Assembly (NCBI GenBank): GCA_944320495.1
Contig: CALUHR010000013.1
Span: 1 to 64,000, forward strand
Direction of reading: 5' to 3'
Source of the DNA: Candidatus Methanomethylophilaceae archaeon
GTDB lineage: Archaea; Thermoplasmatota; Thermoplasmata; Methanomassiliicoccales; Methanomethylophilaceae
Length of the DNA stretch: 64,000 bases
Both the position numbers and the translations under genes were made by a program. Each line of letters starts with the position of its first letter. The first letter of the stretch is position 1. The notes under the pieces were generated by a model that did no database searches, was not told the origin of the DNA, and saw only the letters and a list, made by a program, of their open reading frames with translations. This document shows, one piece after another, positions 1-10,393 of the stretch.

Positions 1-329
1 CCGCGCATTCCCGTGCATACCGGGGAAGTATATAAGCCTTGTGTTCAAGGCCTTCAACCGCCGATATCCACTACGCGACTTGTCCGGACAGACTCCCTGT
101 GATCAGGGGTCCTCCGCGCCTCGCGCAAAACCCCCTACAGCCCACTTGTATATATGGATTACTGTTGTCGAGTCTTCCGGAGGCCGACCGGATGCCGTCA
201 GACGGTTGTCACCGCAGTCCGCTTCCGATCGGATTCGCACGCTAAACACAGGCAGCATCTTCCAGCTGTCCGCGTATTCTCTAGTATCTCTTTCTACCCT
301 ATAAAGAAGATAGGTCGTCCGGATCGACA

Positions 330-863
330 TCGCTCGTTGCCGATGATGCGCACCTGACAGCTTCTCATCGTCTCCAGGGCGGAGGAGTGCATCTCCGGCG
401 TGGAGCCCGCGCAGCACGACACGTCCACCCACACATCCGCATCCGGAAGGAACGCACGGATCATCAGCGCATTGCTCACGACGCAGATGTCCGTGCACAG
501 GCCGATCACCCCGACGCTGACTGCTCCGGATTCGCGGAGGAACTCCGCGAGGTCCACCGATCCGAACGTGGGCTTCTCGAAACACAGGACACCTCTGGCG
601 GTCAAAGCCGCCTCCACCGGATCCGGCATCAACCAGCCGGGAGTCCCTCTGATGCAGTGGGGCACCGGCAGCATCCTGCCCTCCCTCGTTTCATGATAGT
701 CATCGCCATGCGTGTCCAGCGTGCACACGACCGTCCCCTCGAAGGATCCGATCCTATCGATCACGCGCGGAACGATTGCGGCCGCCTCGGGGGTGCCAAG
801 GGGACCGTCGATGAAATCGTTCTGCATGTCGACGACCACCAGGAACGTCCGATCGCTGTCCAT
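330..863 (-). CDS. pncA: Nicotinamidase/isochorismatase-family cysteine hydrolase
   Basis: Motifs VVDMQNDF, TLDTH, HC, EKPTFGS and GLCTDICV. Start is the ATG at 863 (MDSDRT). The family-like end CQVRIIGNE is followed by CGA at 332-330; the standard code runs on to TAG at 294. Confidence 0.8.
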
Positions 864-988
864 GATCCGGAGAACCGCTCCCGGCCTAAATCGGTTTGGC
901 AGGGAATGTCGTGACAGGGGATTCACATGCAGGCCAAATGATTCCGCCTAAACCTTTAAGAACGGTAAGCCTTTGTCCGCTCACAACT

Positions 989-1076
989 GTGGGAGTGGCC
1001 CAGCCTGGCAAGGCGTCAGACTGCTAATCTGATGTCACCATGTGACCCGAGGGTTCGAATCCCTCCTCCCACGCCA
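989..1076 (+). tRNA. tRNA-Ser(GCT), CCA encoded
   Basis: Acceptor GTGGGAG/CTCCCAC, anticodon arm TCAGA-CTGCTAA-TCTGA, long variable arm GTCAC-CAT-GTGAC, T arm GAGGG-TTCGAAT-CCCTC, then G and CCA. Confidence 0.95.
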
Positions 1077-1133
1077 TATAATTCTGAATCGCCCGTTGAG
1101 AATGCTGTTACCGCCCAACGGATCGTATCGGGA

Positions 1134-1613
1134 TCGGGACCCGTTGGTCCCGAAGACGTCCCTGCCATCCTTCGGCGGGATCCTTCCGCGGTCGTCGCCG
1201 CAGAACCCTTCGCGGACACGCTCCAGAAGTGAGTTGAGCGTCTCGCGCTCTGACGGGTCCAGACCGGCCGTGAGCTCGTCCTCCATCCTCCTGCGGATGG
1301 CCTCCATCCTCTGGACGGCCTCCCTGCCGCTTTCGGTCAGGGACACGAGCCTCACCCTGCGGTCGCTCTCGTCGGGGAGCTGTTCGACCAGACCCCTGCG
1401 CTCGAGGCTCTTGACCGCACCAGCCACCGTCGGGAACGCATACCCGTAGTACTCCTCCAGCTCCCTCATCCTCACCGGACGGCCCATGACTATGACGAAG
1501 CGCATGAAGCGGAGGTCCGTGTACGACATCCCGCAGGAGGAGAGCTCCTCCTCGAAGCGGCTGTCGAAACGGTTGGCGATCAGCTTGATCAGCATTCCGC
1601 TGTCTTCGGTCAT
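1134..1613 (-). CDS. MarR-family transcriptional regulator
   Basis: Winged helix with VKSLERRGLVEQLPDESDRRVRLVSLTESG. The first in-frame CGA at 1136-1134 gives 159 aa. The standard-code ORF (to 1035) would run antisense through the 3' half of tRNA-Ser. Confidence 0.85.
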
Positions 1614-1744
1614 GGGGCTTCCGTCCCCTGCGTCGTATATTATGGTGACGGGGGAAGCTTAGACGGGATGCGATGGATGGTCCGGAGGCCAGACGGTAGA
1701 ACGGAATAGGGTTTGAGGGGAGGGGATGCCCCCGCCCCGGGGGA

Positions 1745-2908
1745 TCACTCGTACGATCCGCGCCTCATCCTCTCGAGGGCCAGCTTGATCCTCTCGACGG
1801 GCTCGGTGACGGTCATACGGATGTATCCGTCGGCGCTCTCTCCGAACCCGTTTCCGGGCGTGACGATGACGCCGAGGTCGATCATCTTCTGGGTGAACTC
1901 GGCCGACGGCATGCCGCAGTCGAACCAGACGTAGAACGTGCCCTTGGGCATGACCACGTCGTACCCGAGCTCCCTGAGGCCCTCGACGAGGACCCTCCTG
2001 CGCTCGGCGTAGGTGGCCATGTTGTCCCTGACGGCCTGCGGGACCTCCCCGTCGTCGCCATAGAGGCTCAGGGCCTTGATGCCCGCGTCCTGGATGAAGG
2101 GCGGGGCGCCGGAGTCGGTCTGGCCCTTGCACTTGGTCAGCCCGGCGATCAGGTCGGGGTGGCCGACGGCGTATCCGAGCCTGAACCCGGTCATGTTGAA
2201 CGTCTTGGAGAACGAGCCGAACTCGATGGCGTCCGGTCCGACCTGGAGGATGGACGGCGCCCTGTAGCCGTCGTAGCACATCTCGGAGTAGGCGGCGTCG
2301 TAGCACAGGATGGTCTTGTTCTCCTGGCACCAGTCGTACACCTTCTTCAGGTACTCGATGTCGCAGGTGGCCCCCGTCGGGTTGTTCGGATAGTTGATGT
2401 ACAGCATCCTGGCGCCCTTGGGGCACTCGTCCACGTCGAGCAGCCAGTTCTTCTCGGCCCTCAGGGGGACCTTCACGCACTTGGCCTCGTTGAAGATCGT
2501 GGCCGCTCCCGAGTACACGGGGTATCCGGGGGAGGGGGCGACGATGGTCTCGCCGGCGTTGACGAACGCCTGGGCGATGTTGAAGATCGCCTCCTTTGAA
2601 CCAATCGTGATGCACACCTGGGTGTCCGGGTCTATGTCCAGCCCGAAGCGCTTCTTGTACCACTCGGCGACGGCCACGCGGAGGCGTCTCTCGCCCTGGG
2701 ACGAGGAGTACTTCTGGTTCTCGTTCCTGGCCGCGGACTCCGCCATGGCCTCGACGACGCACTCCGGCGTCGGGAGGTCGGGATCCCCGATCCCGAAGTC
2801 GATCATGTCCCATCCGGCCTTCCTCTTCTCCGCGGAGAGCTTCTCGAGCCTCACGAAGAGGTAGGGAGGGATCTGCTTCAACCTGTCTGCCTGTTCGAAT
2901 GTAGTCAT
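1745..2908 (-). CDS. dapL: LL-diaminopimelate aminotransferase
   Basis: Class I/II PLP aminotransferase motifs GIGDPD, NYPNNPTG, DAAY and SFSKTFNMTGFRLG; last gene of the lysine operon. Confidence 0.85.
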   Translation of the reverse strand: MTTFEQADRLKQIPPYLFVRLEKLSAEKRKAGWDMIDFGIGDPDLPTPECVVEAMAESAARNENQKYSSSQGERRLRVAVAEWYKKRFGLDIDPDTQVCITIGSKEAIFNIAQAFVNAGETIVAPSPGYPVYSGAATIFNEAKCVKVPLRAEKNWLLDVDECPKGARMLYINYPNNPTGATCDIEYLKKVYDWCQENKTILCYDAAYSEMCYDGYRAPSILQVGPDAIEFGSFSKTFNMTGFRLGYAVGHPDLIAGLTKCKGQTDSGAPPFIQDAGIKALSLYGDDGEVPQAVRDNMATYAERRRVLVEGLRELGYDVVMPKGTFYVWFDCGMPSAEFTQKMIDLGVIVTPGNGFGESADGYIRMTVTEPVERIKLALERMRRGSYE

Positions 2909-2912
2909 CGTA

Positions 2913-3743
2913 TCACGAAACCTCGCCCTCGAAGACCAGCTCCGCCGGTCCCTCCATAAGGGCGTACTTGAGATCCTTGTCGATCGTTATCCTCAGCCAT
3001 CCGCCCGGGAGCTCCACGTCGACCGGCTCCCCGAAGGGTACGCGCCCGGTCAGGGCGGCCGCGGTCGTGGATGCGCACGCTCCGGTCCCGCAGGCCAGCG
3101 TCCATGCGGCGCCGCGCTCGTACACCCGGATGTGTATCTTGCCGTCCTCCACCCTGCAGAACTCCACGTTGGTCTTGCGGGGGAAGAAGGGATGGCGCTC
3201 CAGCACCGGGCCCAGCATGTCGATCTGGGCGTCGGTGAGCTCGGTGAACGTCACGAAGTGGGGGTTGCCCATGGACACCGCGCTGGCCCTGAGCTCGATT
3301 CCCTCGACGGTGAACGGCTGATCTATGAACTCGCCGTCATGGTCGATGGGCACGGTGCGGCCGTCGGTGATGGGCGCGCCCATGTTGATCCTCACGGTGG
3401 AAACCTTCCCGGAATCGTCGCGGAACGTCTCCGCCACCAGGTCGCCGGCCAGGGTGTGGATCCTGAACCTCTCGGCGCCCACGATGCCGTAGTCCCAGGC
3501 GTGCTTGGCGACGCAGCGGATGCCGTTGCCGCACATCTCCGCCTCGGTCCCGTCGGCGTTGATGATCCTCATGGTAATGTCGGTGCCCTCTCCGGGGAGC
3601 ACGTAGAGCACCCCGTCGGCCCCGATGCCGAAGTGGCGGTCGCACATGCGCCTGCACCACTCGGGGTCCACCGACAGCTTCCCGTCGGTGCCGTCCAGGA
3701 GGATGAAGTCGTTCCCCAGCCCCTGGTACTTCCAGAACCTCAT
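2913..3743 (-). CDS. dapF: Diaminopimelate epimerase
   Basis: MRFWKYQGLGNDF, EMCGNGIRC, MGNPH, ERGAAWTLACGTGAC. The ATG at 3743 overlaps the lysA stop (ATGA). Confidence 0.95.
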   Translation of the reverse strand: MRFWKYQGLGNDFILLDGTDGKLSVDPEWCRRMCDRHFGIGADGVLYVLPGEGTDITMRIINADGTEAEMCGNGIRCVAKHAWDYGIVGAERFRIHTLAGDLVAETFRDDSGKVSTVRINMGAPITDGRTVPIDHDGEFIDQPFTVEGIELRASAVSMGNPHFVTFTELTDAQIDMLGPVLERHPFFPRKTNVEFCRVEDGKIHIRVYERGAAWTLACGTGACASTTAAALTGRVPFGEPVDVELPGGWLRITIDKDLKYALMEGPAELVFEGEVS

Positions 3744-4996
3744 CTCAGCCTCTCCGGGACGATCTGGTGGCGCCAGACGTCCTCCATGGTCTCCGCTTCG
3801 CGGATGAGCTCGGCCTTGCCGTCGTTCACCAGGACCTCCGCGCACAGGGGGCGGGAGTTGTACCTGCTGGACATCGAGAACCCGTACGCGCCGGCGTCGT
3901 AGACGGCGACCAGGTCGCCGACCTGGGGGTCCGGGAGGACGCGGTCGTGTGCCAGGTAGTCGCCGGACTCGCAGATCGGTCCGACGACGTCGTACTTGCT
4001 GGTGCACGCCTTGCCCATCCTGTTGGCCAGAGCCACGTGGTGGTAGGAGTCGTACATGGTGGGCCTGACGAGGGTGTTGAATCCCGCGTCCACCCCGACG
4101 TACCTCTTCACGCCGGTGTCCTTGAGGTCGTTCACGCGGGTGAGCAGCACGGTGGAGTCGCAGACGATGTACCTGCCAGGCTCAAGCATGATTGTCCTGA
4201 CGTCGGTCTCCTCCTCGATCATGCTGGTGAGGTTGGAGGCGAGCTCCTCGACGTCCATCTCCTCCTCCTGGGGGCGGTAGGGCACGCCGATGCCGCCTCC
4301 CATGTCTATGAACTCCAGGTCTATGCCCAGGCCCTTGAGCTCGTTGACCAGCTCGATGAGGACCTCCATCATGTCCATGAAAGGCTCGACGACCTGTCCG
4401 CCGGAGCCGATGTGGGCGTGGATGCCCTTGATGTTGAATCCCAGGTCCTTGGCCCTGGCGTAGGTGTCGATCACCTGGTCCAGAGGGATGCCGAACTTGG
4501 CGCCCTTGTTGCCGGTGGTGACCTTGGCGCTGTGACCGGAGCCGACGCCGGGCGTGATCCTGAAAGAGACGTCGGAGCAGGGGGCGATCCTCGCCAGGCG
4601 CTCCATCTCGCACGCGGAGTCCAGGTTGATCATGACCCCCAGCTCGGAGACTGCCTTCAGCTCGGCGTCGGAGACGTTGACCCCTGTGTACATGATGCGG
4701 TCGGGGGTGAACCCGGCCTTCAGGCAGGACATGACCTCGCCGATGGAGACGGCGTCGATGCCGGCGCCCTCCTCCCTCAGGATGCTGAGGATGGCCAGGT
4801 TGGTGTTGGCCTTGCAGGCGTAGTGGACCCTGGTGTCCATGAACCTGGAGAATGCGCCGTGGATGCGGCGGTAGTTCTCCCTGACCCTCTGCTCGTCCGT
4901 CACGTAGACGGGCGTGCCGAACTCGTCGGCTATCTCGACGGCAGACTTGCCGCCGATGTACATGACCCCGTCCTTCGCGGGGAACTCGCGGAACAT
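3740..4996 (-). CDS. lysA: Diaminopimelate decarboxylase
   Basis: YACKAN, HIGS, DMGGG, EPGRYIV, GPICESGD and GAYGFSMSSRYN; start MFREFP at 4996. Confidence 0.95.
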   Translation of the reverse strand: MFREFPAKDGVMYIGGKSAVEIADEFGTPVYVTDEQRVRENYRRIHGAFSRFMDTRVHYACKANTNLAILSILREEGAGIDAVSIGEVMSCLKAGFTPDRIMYTGVNVSDAELKAVSELGVMINLDSACEMERLARIAPCSDVSFRITPGVGSGHSAKVTTGNKGAKFGIPLDQVIDTYARAKDLGFNIKGIHAHIGSGGQVVEPFMDMMEVLIELVNELKGLGIDLEFIDMGGGIGVPYRPQEEEMDVEELASNLTSMIEEETDVRTIMLEPGRYIVCDSTVLLTRVNDLKDTGVKRYVGVDAGFNTLVRPTMYDSYHHVALANRMGKACTSKYDVVGPICESGDYLAHDRVLPDPQVGDLVAVYDAGAYGFSMSSRYNSRPLCAEVLVNDGKAELIREAETMEDVWRHQIVPERLR

Positions 4997-6348
4997 CACT
5001 GACCACCTATGAACTTCTCGTGGAGCGTGCGCACCACGTCTATGACCTTGCTCATCGGGACGACGAAGTTGAGGGACACGTCGGACGCGCCCTCGGAGAT
5101 CATCTCCACATTGGCGTTGGCCTCCTTGACCGCGCCGAAGACGTCGCCGGAGACCCCGCACTTGTCCAGCAGGTTGTCCCCCACGGCGCAGATGAGCGCC
5201 ACGTCGTTCTTCACGTCGATCCTCTCGATGTCCCCTCCGGACAGGCCGTTCAGCTGCCTGAGGGTCATCTTCACGTCGTTGTTGTGGACGAGGAATGCGA
5301 CGGACGACAGGGTCGTGGATATGGAGTATATGATGACGTTGATCTCTGCGATCTTGTCGATGATGCGCGCCACCATGGCCGGGCGGTACGCGATCTCGGC
5401 GGAGCTTATGGTGATGATCGAGAGGTCCGTCTTGGCGGCGACGGAGCGGAGCATCTCGGCAGTGCTCTTCCTGAGGTGATGGATCAGGGTGCCGGGCTCC
5501 TCCGGCCTGAAGGAGTTCTTCACCTTCAGGGGGATGTGCTTGAGCCTCACGGGCTCGATGGTCCTCGGGTGGAGGACCTTGGCGCCGAAGTAGGCCAGCT
5601 CCGCGGCCTCCCCGAAGTTCATCTCCGGGATCTTCTTCGCACCGGCGACGATGCGGGGGTCGGCGGTCATGAACCCGTCGACGTCCGTCCAGATCTCCAG
5701 CATGTCGGCGTCGATGGCGTTGGCGACGACGGCCGCCGAGTAGTCGGATCCGCCGCGCCCGAAGGTCAGGGGGCCCTTGTTGGGGCCGACGCCGTAGAAT
5801 CCGGTGATGATGGGGACCACGCCCATGGACAGCAGGGGCTTGACCCTCATGGTCATGCCGGAGGCGGTGTTGAGCAGGTCCGCGGATCCGTTGCCGGGAG
5901 TGCCGAGAGCGATGATACCCACGTCCTCCGACGTCAGGGCCACGGATTTGATGCCCATGTCCCTCAGGACGAACGCGAGCATGAGCGAGGAGAACCTCTC
6001 GCCCTGGGAGACGACCGCGTCCTTGTAGAACGGGTCCTCGCGGTCCGCGAGGAGGGCGCTGCGGAAGCCCTCGATGCGGGAGTCGAACTCCGCGCGGAAC
6101 TCGGCCATCGTCTCGCCCTCGAAGAGCTGGGACGCGGCCATGAGGTGCTTGTTCGAGAATTCGGTCACGACGGACTCCACATCGGGATTCGCGCTGTCGG
6201 CGACGCTCACCAGGAAGTTCGTGATCCCCGACATGGCGGAGACCACGACGACCTTCTCGTCCTCCTTGTCGGCGATGATCTTGGCTACCCTCTTCAGGGC
6301 CTCGGCGGAGCCGACGCTCGTGCCGCCGAACTTCATGACTGTTATCAT
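4996..6348 (-). CDS. lysC: Aspartate kinase with C-terminal ACT domains
   Basis: MKFGGTSVG, VVSAMSG, GRGGSDYSA, TDVDG and YFGAKVLHP; start MITVMK at 6348. Confidence 0.95.
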   Translation of the reverse strand: MITVMKFGGTSVGSAEALKRVAKIIADKEDEKVVVVSAMSGITNFLVSVADSANPDVESVVTEFSNKHLMAASQLFEGETMAEFRAEFDSRIEGFRSALLADREDPFYKDAVVSQGERFSSLMLAFVLRDMGIKSVALTSEDVGIIALGTPGNGSADLLNTASGMTMRVKPLLSMGVVPIITGFYGVGPNKGPLTFGRGGSDYSAAVVANAIDADMLEIWTDVDGFMTADPRIVAGAKKIPEMNFGEAAELAYFGAKVLHPRTIEPVRLKHIPLKVKNSFRPEEPGTLIHHLRKSTAEMLRSVAAKTDLSIITISSAEIAYRPAMVARIIDKIAEINVIIYSISTTLSSVAFLVHNNDVKMTLRQLNGLSGGDIERIDVKNDVALICAVGDNLLDKCGVSGDVFGAVKEANANVEMISEGASDVSLNFVVPMSKVIDVVRTLHEKFIGGQ

Positions 6349-6371
6349 AGGTAGAACCTCCGGGACCGCCC

Positions 6372-7244
6372 TCAGGCGATGCCGATCCCCCTCAGGACCT
6401 GGTCGATCCTCTCCCTGCATCCCTCGCTCAGGGGGGTCAGCGGGAGCCTGGGCTCGCCGTTGCCGTATCCCATCCCGCCCATGACGTACTTGATGGGTAT
6501 CGGGTTGGACTCCTCGAAGAGGGCCGAGAAGAGCGGGAGGAGCTTGGACTGTATGGCGCGGGCGGACGAGACGTCCCCCGCCTTGGCGCTGCTCACCAGG
6601 TCGGACATGAGGGCGGGGCAGCAGTTGCTGGCCACCGAGATCACGCCGTCGCCTCCGAGACAGACGAGCGCGAGCGTGAGCGCATCGTCGCCGCTGAGGA
6701 CCTCGAAGCCCTCCGGCCTCCGCCTGAGGATGTCCTGGATCTGGGCCATGTTGCCGCTGGCCTCCTTGACGCCGGCGATGCCGTCGACCTCCGCGATGCG
6801 CATCAGCGTGTCGGAGGTGATGTTGATGCCCGTCCTCCCGGGGATGTTGTAGACGACCACGGGGATGTCGATGGCGTCAGCGACCGCCTCGAAGTGCCTG
6901 AAGAGGCCCTCCTGGGTCGGCTTGACGTAGTAGGGCGCGATGGAGAGGACCCCGTCGGCGCCTATGTCCTGGGCGCTACGGCTCAGGGCGACGGCCTCGC
7001 GGGTGCAGTTGCTCCCGGCCCCGGCCAGGACCTTCGCCTTCTTCGCCTGGTCCCTTACGATCTCGATCACGCGGAGGTGCTCCTCGTGGTCGAGGGTGGC
7101 GGACTCGCCGGTGCTCCCGCACGGCACGAGGACGTCCACCCCGTTGGATTCCTGGAAGTCGACGAGGCGCCTGAGCGCCTCCTCGTCGACGGAGCCGTCC
7201 TTGGCGAACGGCGTGATGAGTGCGGTTCCGGTTCCTGCGAACAT
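6372..7244 (-). CDS. dapA: 4-hydroxy-tetrahydrodipicolinate synthase
   Basis: GTALITPF, GSTGES, YNIPGRTG, GVKEASG, LSGDD and NPIPIK. Confidence 0.95.
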   Translation of the reverse strand: MFAGTGTALITPFAKDGSVDEEALRRLVDFQESNGVDVLVPCGSTGESATLDHEEHLRVIEIVRDQAKKAKVLAGAGSNCTREAVALSRSAQDIGADGVLSIAPYYVKPTQEGLFRHFEAVADAIDIPVVVYNIPGRTGINITSDTLMRIAEVDGIAGVKEASGNMAQIQDILRRRPEGFEVLSGDDALTLALVCLGGDGVISVASNCCPALMSDLVSSAKAGDVSSARAIQSKLLPLFSALFEESNPIPIKYVMGGMGYGNGEPRLPLTPLSEGCRERIDQVLRGIGIA

Positions 7245-7249
7245 CGTGA

Positions 7250-7672
7250 TCGTGCCTCCCCGTAATGCTCCTTCAGTATCAGCCTTGTCCTGGTGCTGAG
7301 GATGTTGTCGTACCGGCGGACCCTCTCGATGATCTCGTTGAGGTGCTGCGAGGACTCCACGTCGACGATCGCGATGATGTCCTGGTCGCCGGTGACCTCG
7401 AACACCTCGGTGACCCCGTCGTACCCGGCCAGCTCCCTGGCTATCTCCTGGGTGTCGGTGTTAACCGCGATGCTGATCTCCACCAGCGCCTTGACGTTCT
7501 TCGAGCTCGTCTTGATGGTGAACCCGCGTATGATGCCCTCCTCGACCATCTTGTGGACCCTGCTGCGCACGGTCCCCTCAGATACGCCGAGCTGGTTGGC
7601 TATCTCGACGAACGGACATCTCGAGTCCTTCTTCAGCAGCTCTATGATCTTCTTGTCGAGGTTGTCAATCAT
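7250..7672 (-). CDS. Lrp/AsnC-family transcriptional regulator heading the lysine operon
   Basis: LDKKIIELLKKDSRCPFVEIANQLGVSEGTVRSRV HTH plus a RAM domain (VFEVTGDQD). The first CGA (7252-7250) gives 140 aa ending 5 nt before the dapA ATG. The standard code extends 61 codons to 7067, into dapA. Confidence 0.9.
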
Positions 7673-7820
7673 ATCGATCACCCGGGCTCCGCCTGATGGT
7701 CCGAGTGAAGTGCGCCACGATATTAAATCTATGGGAAAACGCGGTCCGACGGGCGTTATCCGCAGTGGTCGGACCGCCGCCGGCGGGATGCGATGCCCGC
7801 CGGCTGCGAAATTCGCAGAA

Positions 7821-9446
7821 TCACGATGCGTCCGCCCCGCCGTCCCCGTGACGGTAGTCCATGGGGTCGGTGAGGATGTCCACCTGTATCCTGCTGTAGG
7901 GGATCTCGATGCCGTCGTCGTTGAGCTGCCTGTAGACGAGCTCGCGGATCTGCCCGGCGTAGTGCGCGCTGTTGTTGAAGTCGTCCACATAGCAGGCTAG
8001 GCGGAACTTGATGCCCGACCCGGCGAACTCCACGAGCCTGGCGTTGGGAGGGATGCAGGACCCGTCGGTGATGACATGGGGATGCTTCCTGCCGGCGGTC
8101 TCCAGGGACGCCTTAGCCCTGTCCAGGTCCGTGCCGTAGGCGACATCGACGTAGATGAAGATCCTGGTCCTGTTGAAGTCCACGGAGGACAGGTTGACCA
8201 GGGTGGCCGAGGACACGGCGTTGTTCGGCATCGTCACCACGCGGTCGAAGTCCCAGTTCTCCAGCTCGGTGTACATGAGCCTGACCCTGCGGACCCTGTA
8301 GGTGGTGTCGTTGATCTGGATGAAGTCGCCCTTCTTGAACGGGCGCGAGGCCAGGAGCACGATGCCGCTGAAGAACTGGTTGAGGGTCTCCTGCGCTCCG
8401 AGCGTTATGCCCAGGGTGACCACTCCGGCGCTGACCATGATGCCGGCGAAGTCCACGCCGAAGGCCGACAGTGCCGCGCACAACGCGACCACGCAGATCA
8501 CCAGCTTCCCGATCATCTTGAGCAGCGGGAGCAGGGACATGTCGACGCCGTCCACATCGGCGGCCTCATCGATGCCCTTCAGGAAGGCCGTCACGATGAA
8601 CAGGTAGACCATCCATGCTATCAGCGAGCCGACCACCACGTAGACGACCATGGACAGGGCCCCGATGAAGTGGGCTATCCCTGCGTTGGCCCCGACGATC
8701 TGCACGCACTCGTTGATGGCTATGACGAACATGACCACGGTGATCATGGACGTCAGACGCTTGGTGAGGGACCTCTTCTCCTCCTGGGTCTTCCTAGCCC
8801 CGACGAGGCGGGTGAACAGCGGGATGATGATCTCGGACATTATCACCGTGGCGATGATCCAGATGATCAGGGTCGCCAGAGCTGTCACCCACACCGAGTT
8901 GAACGGGGCGTCCAGCGTGTTGGGGAACACGCCGAAGAACTTGTTATAGGCGTCCCCGGTGGCGAAGACTGAGGTGACCCCCACGGTGATCGGACATGCG
9001 ATCTCGACCCCGCCGTCGTCGTCACCGATGCTGTTGGCCAGCAGAGTGACCGTGCCGACGGCGGTCTTGTTGTCCGAGTAGGCGTCGGCCGAGACGGTGA
9101 TCTCGATTATCGCCATGTTGCCGTCGTGTCCGGCCGGCATGAGGACCCCGGAATCCGGATTGGCCGAATCCAGGACGGTTATCTTGGTGGAAACCGATAT
9201 GGAATCGCCCAGATTCGACACGGAATCCACCGAGAGGGCTACCGGCGTGTCGCCATTGTTGGTCACATAGAGGTTCACGGTCTTGCTGGTCCCGCTGTCC
9301 AGCGTCAGCGAGAGATCGTTCCCGTCGATCGTGTCGATGTGGAGATCCCCTTCGGCCAGGGCCTCGGACTGCGGAGCCGCGGAAGCCGCGATGACCGCCA
9401 CGAGGACGAGCAATGCCGAGAGGAGCGTGAGCCTCCTTGCGTTCAT
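7821..9446 (-). CDS. mscS: MscS-family mechanosensitive channel with signal peptide and extracellular N-terminal domain
   Basis: C-terminal MscS core (GLTLGAQETL-like TM3 ITLGAQETLNQFFSG, RPFKKGDFI, MPNNAV, VDVAYGTD). N-terminal hydrophobic leader followed by a beta-rich acidic segment. Confidence 0.85.
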   Translation of the reverse strand: MNARRLTLLSALLVLVAVIAASAAPQSEALAEGDLHIDTIDGNDLSLTLDSGTSKTVNLYVTNNGDTPVALSVDSVSNLGDSISVSTKITVLDSANPDSGVLMPAGHDGNMAIIEITVSADAYSDNKTAVGTVTLLANSIGDDDGGVEIACPITVGVTSVFATGDAYNKFFGVFPNTLDAPFNSVWVTALATLIIWIIATVIMSEIIIPLFTRLVGARKTQEEKRSLTKRLTSMITVVMFVIAINECVQIVGANAGIAHFIGALSMVVYVVVGSLIAWMVYLFIVTAFLKGIDEAADVDGVDMSLLPLLKMIGKLVICVVALCAALSAFGVDFAGIMVSAGVVTLGITLGAQETLNQFFSGIVLLASRPFKKGDFIQINDTTYRVRRVRLMYTELENWDFDRVVTMPNNAVSSATLVNLSSVDFNRTRIFIYVDVAYGTDLDRAKASLETAGRKHPHVITDGSCIPPNARLVEFAGSGIKFRLACYVDDFNNSAHYAGQIRELVYRQLNDDGIEIPYSRIQVDILTDPMDYRHGDGGADAS

Positions 9447-9556
9447 GTAGCGTCGATTTCCGCATCGTATTTAAAATTAAGAAAAGGGAGACACGCGAAC
9501 CGCGCAGCACTGACGCACCCCGCAACGCTTATCAGCCCGCGGCCCGAGCACCGACC

Positions 9557-10393
9557 ATGGAACCGGAGGGCATCATCGGACTGCTGCAGACGTTTGTCGT
9601 CCTGACCGTCATGGCCTCCGGGGCCGTCTGCGACTCGAGGACCAGACGCGTCCCCGACGCGCACTGGCTCATCCTGTGCGTCACCGGGATCCCCCTGGCG
9701 GCCACCGGGATCGGGATCGGAGGCGGCCCCTGGGCGGGGGTGCTCTACGCCGCCGGCGGCCTCCTGCTCTCATGGTACATGCTGTCCGGAAGGCTGATCG
9801 GACCGACCGCCGCGCCGGTGGTGGCAGCGGGGTTCGCGATGATGGCCCTGCCGGTCCTGACCTCCGGGATCGCTGACGGGATCATCTCCGCCGCGATGTT
9901 CGCCATGTGCGTCCTCCTCCACAGATGCGGGCTTCTCACCGGAGGGGCGGACGCCAAATGCGCGATGACGCTGGCACTCGTCCTACCTTCTCTACCGGAG
10001 ACGTCGGTCGTCCCGCTGCTGTGGCACGGCTCGGCGCTGCCCCCCGTGCTGTCCGTCCTACTGCTGGCACTGGCGATCTCCCTCGCCGGGTCGCTGTGGA
10101 TAATGGCCCTGAACATCCGCGCAGGCTATACCGGAAAGGGGATGCTCACGACGTTGGAGACGGATGTAGGATCCATGGACCCGGACTTCCACTGGCCCGT
10201 CCAGAGGCCTGTGGGAGGGGATCTCGTCGGATGCAGGGGATCGCCCGGGACCGCGGCGGACATCATCCGCGAATTGCAGAATGCCGGGATCGCGAGGGCA
10301 CGCGCCGAGCTCCCGGTGCCGTTCGTCGCACCGATGTTCCTGGCACTCGCCCTGGTGCTGATCCTCGGGGACCCCGTCGGCGCACTATGCCGA
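9557..10393 (+). CDS. A24-family prepilin/preflagellin peptidase-like membrane protein
   Basis: AVCDSRTRRVPD, TGGADAK and C-terminal PVPFVAPMFLAL. Ends GDPVGALC then CGA at 10391-10393; standard end is 10468. Confidence 0.75.

Noticed and set aside
1-329. Short ORFs at the window start
   Set aside because: No homology cues and mixed codon usage; probably intergenic or promoter sequence.
1035-1133. MarR ORF overlapping tRNA-Ser antisense
   Set aside because: The overlap disappears if translation ends at the CGA at 1136-1134; the tail has no protein-like features.
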